This document shows, one piece after another, positions 61,963 to 64,000 of a DNA stretch of 64,000 nucleotides. Position numbers and translations under genes: made by a program. The stretch covers positions 2,480,001 to 2,544,000 of the forward strand of contig OZ287067.1 in NCBI GenBank assembly GCA_965645245.1, written 5' to 3'. How positions within the stretch are numbered: position 1 is the stretch's first letter; the number at the start of each line of letters is the position of its first letter. The DNA comes from Massalongia carnosa. Its lineage: Eukaryota. The notes below the pieces were generated by a model. It was not told where the DNA came from. It saw only the letters and a list, made by a program, of their open reading frames with translations, and ran no database searches.

Positions 61963-63198
61963 TCAAACCCCCACACCCCCAACCTCACCCCTCCTCCCCC
62001 TTCCCCACCAAACCCTCCCCCCGCCCTCCTCCCCATCCCCACCCCCACCCCCAACAGGCACCGGACTCGGCGGCCCAGGAGGAAGATGAAACACAAGACT
62101 CCCACCGCCCCGGGCCCCCGCAGCGGCGTGCGGAAGTTGCCAATTACGCGGGGGATAGGCGGAAGTGTTTACGGCGGGGAGGAGGCTGGGGGGGTAGGAA
62201 TGGCGGGGTGGAGGTTGCCGGTGAGGGAAGGGAAAGGGGGAAAGGACAGGGGAGAGGGACGGGGAAGAGGACGACGGGGGAGATGGGTTGAGGGGGTCGA
62301 ATACCAGCTTCAGAGTTCCGGGTTGCTGGCGCGGGATAGGGGACTGAGATCGTTCCGACCGCGACCATGACCGCACGAGGCGGAGAAGAGAGCCCCGATC
62401 CCCGGCCGGTGCGTGCGTTGGCGGCACAAACCGCGGCGGAGCCGGGGCGTACCGCTGCTCTCCCACTGCGGAGCTCCTGGTATGCGCGCCTGACGGGCGC
62501 AACGGCAGAATTTGCATCTCGTCCGATCGCTCGGAAACGCCTACACCTCGTTTTGGCTCCGGCGTATAGGCCATGTGCACCTTCGCCGGCAGATACTCGG
62601 GTCCCCCTGCGCGGTCTGAACGCGGTTGCACATAGGACTTCGCCGGCGGCACGTAGTGCGCATGGTGGCCTTTTTCCAGCGCGTGCAACTCCTCGTACAG
62701 ATCCGCTCGTCCACGCTTGTACTCGCCGTCGCGGTCCCGCTCTCTCGCCGCGTCTCGGTCGCGCTGAGCGCGCTTTTTGCGAGTTGCTTGGAGGACGAAA
62801 GCTGCGACCGTGAGAGCGAGGAGAGCGCCGATAATGACCGCCATGGCGAGGACGAAGTTGCGGGGCAGAGGACCGTTCTGGGAGTAGGTGTTGCTTATGA
62901 TCATTGTGCCCGCGATGAGGACGGCTGTGAATATGCTGAATGGGAGGATTCGGTGGAGGGAAAGGGTGAGGAGGACATCGAGGTTTGGGAGGGGGGGCGG
63001 GGGGAGCGGAGGGAGGGGCTTTTGACGGGAGGTGAGCATGGGGAGGGGTGGGAGGTGGAAGGCCCGAGGGGCGGGAGTGGTGCCGGGCTCAATGTCACAA
63101 TGGGGCAAGTCGGCGTTGAAGTAGCTGTGTTGTTGAGCAGGGCTTGGGGGTTGGCCTAGAATGTTAGTGGCACGGGTTGCTGGGCGGGTTTGAGGCAT
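61963..63198 (-). CDS. Hypothetical two-TM, Pro-rich membrane protein; 3' part in low-complexity DNA is uncertain
   Basis: Two hydrophobic segments (ILPFSIFTAVLIAGTMII; FVLAMAVIIGALLALTVAAFVL) followed by basic RKKR. Confidence 0.55.
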   Translation of the reverse strand: MPQTRPATRATNILGQPPSPAQQHSYFNADLPHCDIEPGTTPAPRAFHLPPLPMLTSRQKPLPPLPPPPLPNLDVLLTLSLHRILPFSIFTAVLIAGTMIISNTYSQNGPLPRNFVLAMAVIIGALLALTVAAFVLQATRKKRAQRDRDAARERDRDGEYKRGRADLYEELHALEKGHHAHYVPPAKSYVQPRSDRAGGPEYLPAKVHMAYTPEPKRGVGVSERSDEMQILPLRPSGAHTRSSAVGEQRYAPAPPRFVPPTHAPAGDRGSLLRLVRSWSRSERSQSPIPRQQPGTLKLVFDPLNPSPPSSSSPSLSPVLSPFPFPHRQPPPRHSYPPSLLPAVNTSAYPPRNWQLPHAAAGARGGGSLVFHLPPGPPSPVPVGGGGGDGEEGGGRVWWGRGRRGEVGGVGV

Positions 63199-63808
63199 TC
63201 ACTGTTACACATGGGCTGAGAGACTACGATAATGCGGCGATGTTGAGGAAAAAGAAGGACCAAAGACTTGTTATTATCTGTTTTTTTGGAGCTAGCTTTG
63301 CCAAGGCCAAAGGACGATCAAAGGAGTGTTTGACAAAGACTGCTTTCTCCAAAACTGGTTTTGGCTTTGTTCTGCTATGTTCTCTTCCTCTGTAACAACT
63401 CATGATAAGGTTCTTTATTTTATTTTATTTTAAAAAAAAGGGTGCTTGGAGCCTTACAGCATTTCACGACGGTGAAACTGTCTTGAATAATCACTGAAAC
63501 ATTTAAGACGATATTCAAGAGCAGTTGTTGGCTGGTCAAGACCAAACGTTGTGTCACCAATTAATTCATAAAGTGGCAAAAATAGACAAAGGAACTGACA
63601 AAAGGAAAGGAAGGAGAAAGTCGAGCAACGAGGCAAATAGTCGATTCGATGGTCATAGTTACATCTGCAGGAAAAGATCATCAATCTTGAAGAAGGAAAA
63701 ACATAGGTGGTAAAAGCGCTTAATTTGTTGCACACAATGGAAGTAAGATAATCCATGATCTAGCAAGCTGCCGTTAGAGTCACATTTGATGGTTGGACTT
63801 TTCCGCCA

Positions 63809-64000
63809 CTAAGAGATCTTCTTCAAGACTATTGGCCACACGAGCTTGAGGAAAGCGCCGTTTTCCTCCAAGAGCGCTGAAAGAAGCACGTCATTCCCCA
63901 ACGTCTTGATTTCAGTAGCTACATACACAGCCACTAGTTCTCTCAAGTCGTCAAGAGGGACTTCTTGAGCAGAGGTGTTCTCATCGGAAAAGCTGAAGCG
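63809..64000 (-). CDS. 3' end of a gene entering from the right edge, probably a BTB/POZ-domain protein
   Basis: Open frame from the edge: RFSFSDENT..DDLRELVAVYVA..LLEENGAFLKLVWPIVLKKIS*, resembling C-termini of fungal BTB proteins. Confidence 0.5.
   Translation of the reverse strand, partial: RFSFSDENTSAQEVPLDDLRELVAVYVATEIKTLGNDVLLSALLEENGAFLKLVWPIVLKKIS

Overview
Eukaryotic, intron-rich DNA (short GT..AG introns with CTRAY-type branch points) from a filamentous ascomycete (Pezizomycotina); a lichen-forming lineage is only a guess from the style of the orphan secreted proteins. Conserved genes: ferric reductase (runs off the left edge), cysteinyl-tRNA synthetase, TRM61 tRNA m1A58 methyltransferase, SYG1/XPR1 SPX-EXS protein, CipC, a catalytically degenerate phospholipase/carboxylesterase, calcineurin A, an Mmc1-like protein, LOT5/ICln, lanosterol synthase ERG7, an NADP-mannitol dehydrogenase-type SDR, an Ape1-type M18 aminopeptidase, plus hypothetical, F-box-like and BTB-like genes. 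Between them lie accessory patches (about 3.3-7.7, 15-18 and 33.6-43.5 kb) with decayed ORFs. There are two DNA transposons. One is an intact 1315-bp Tc1-like DD37E element with 67-bp TIRs flanked by an atypical 5-bp non-TA duplication (AATGG), sitting in the divergent CysRS/TRM61 promoter. The other is a dead pogo/Fot1 element (TA TSD) whose left TIR carries a fold-back insertion. Also notable: three secreted proteins with long acidic linkers and a C-terminal hydrophobin-like cysteine scaffold, a cluster of SreA-type ATCAGATAA boxes upstream of the ferric reductase, and a dispersed non-coding TACTCCGTA motif. All calls were made by reading the sequence; no database searches were run.
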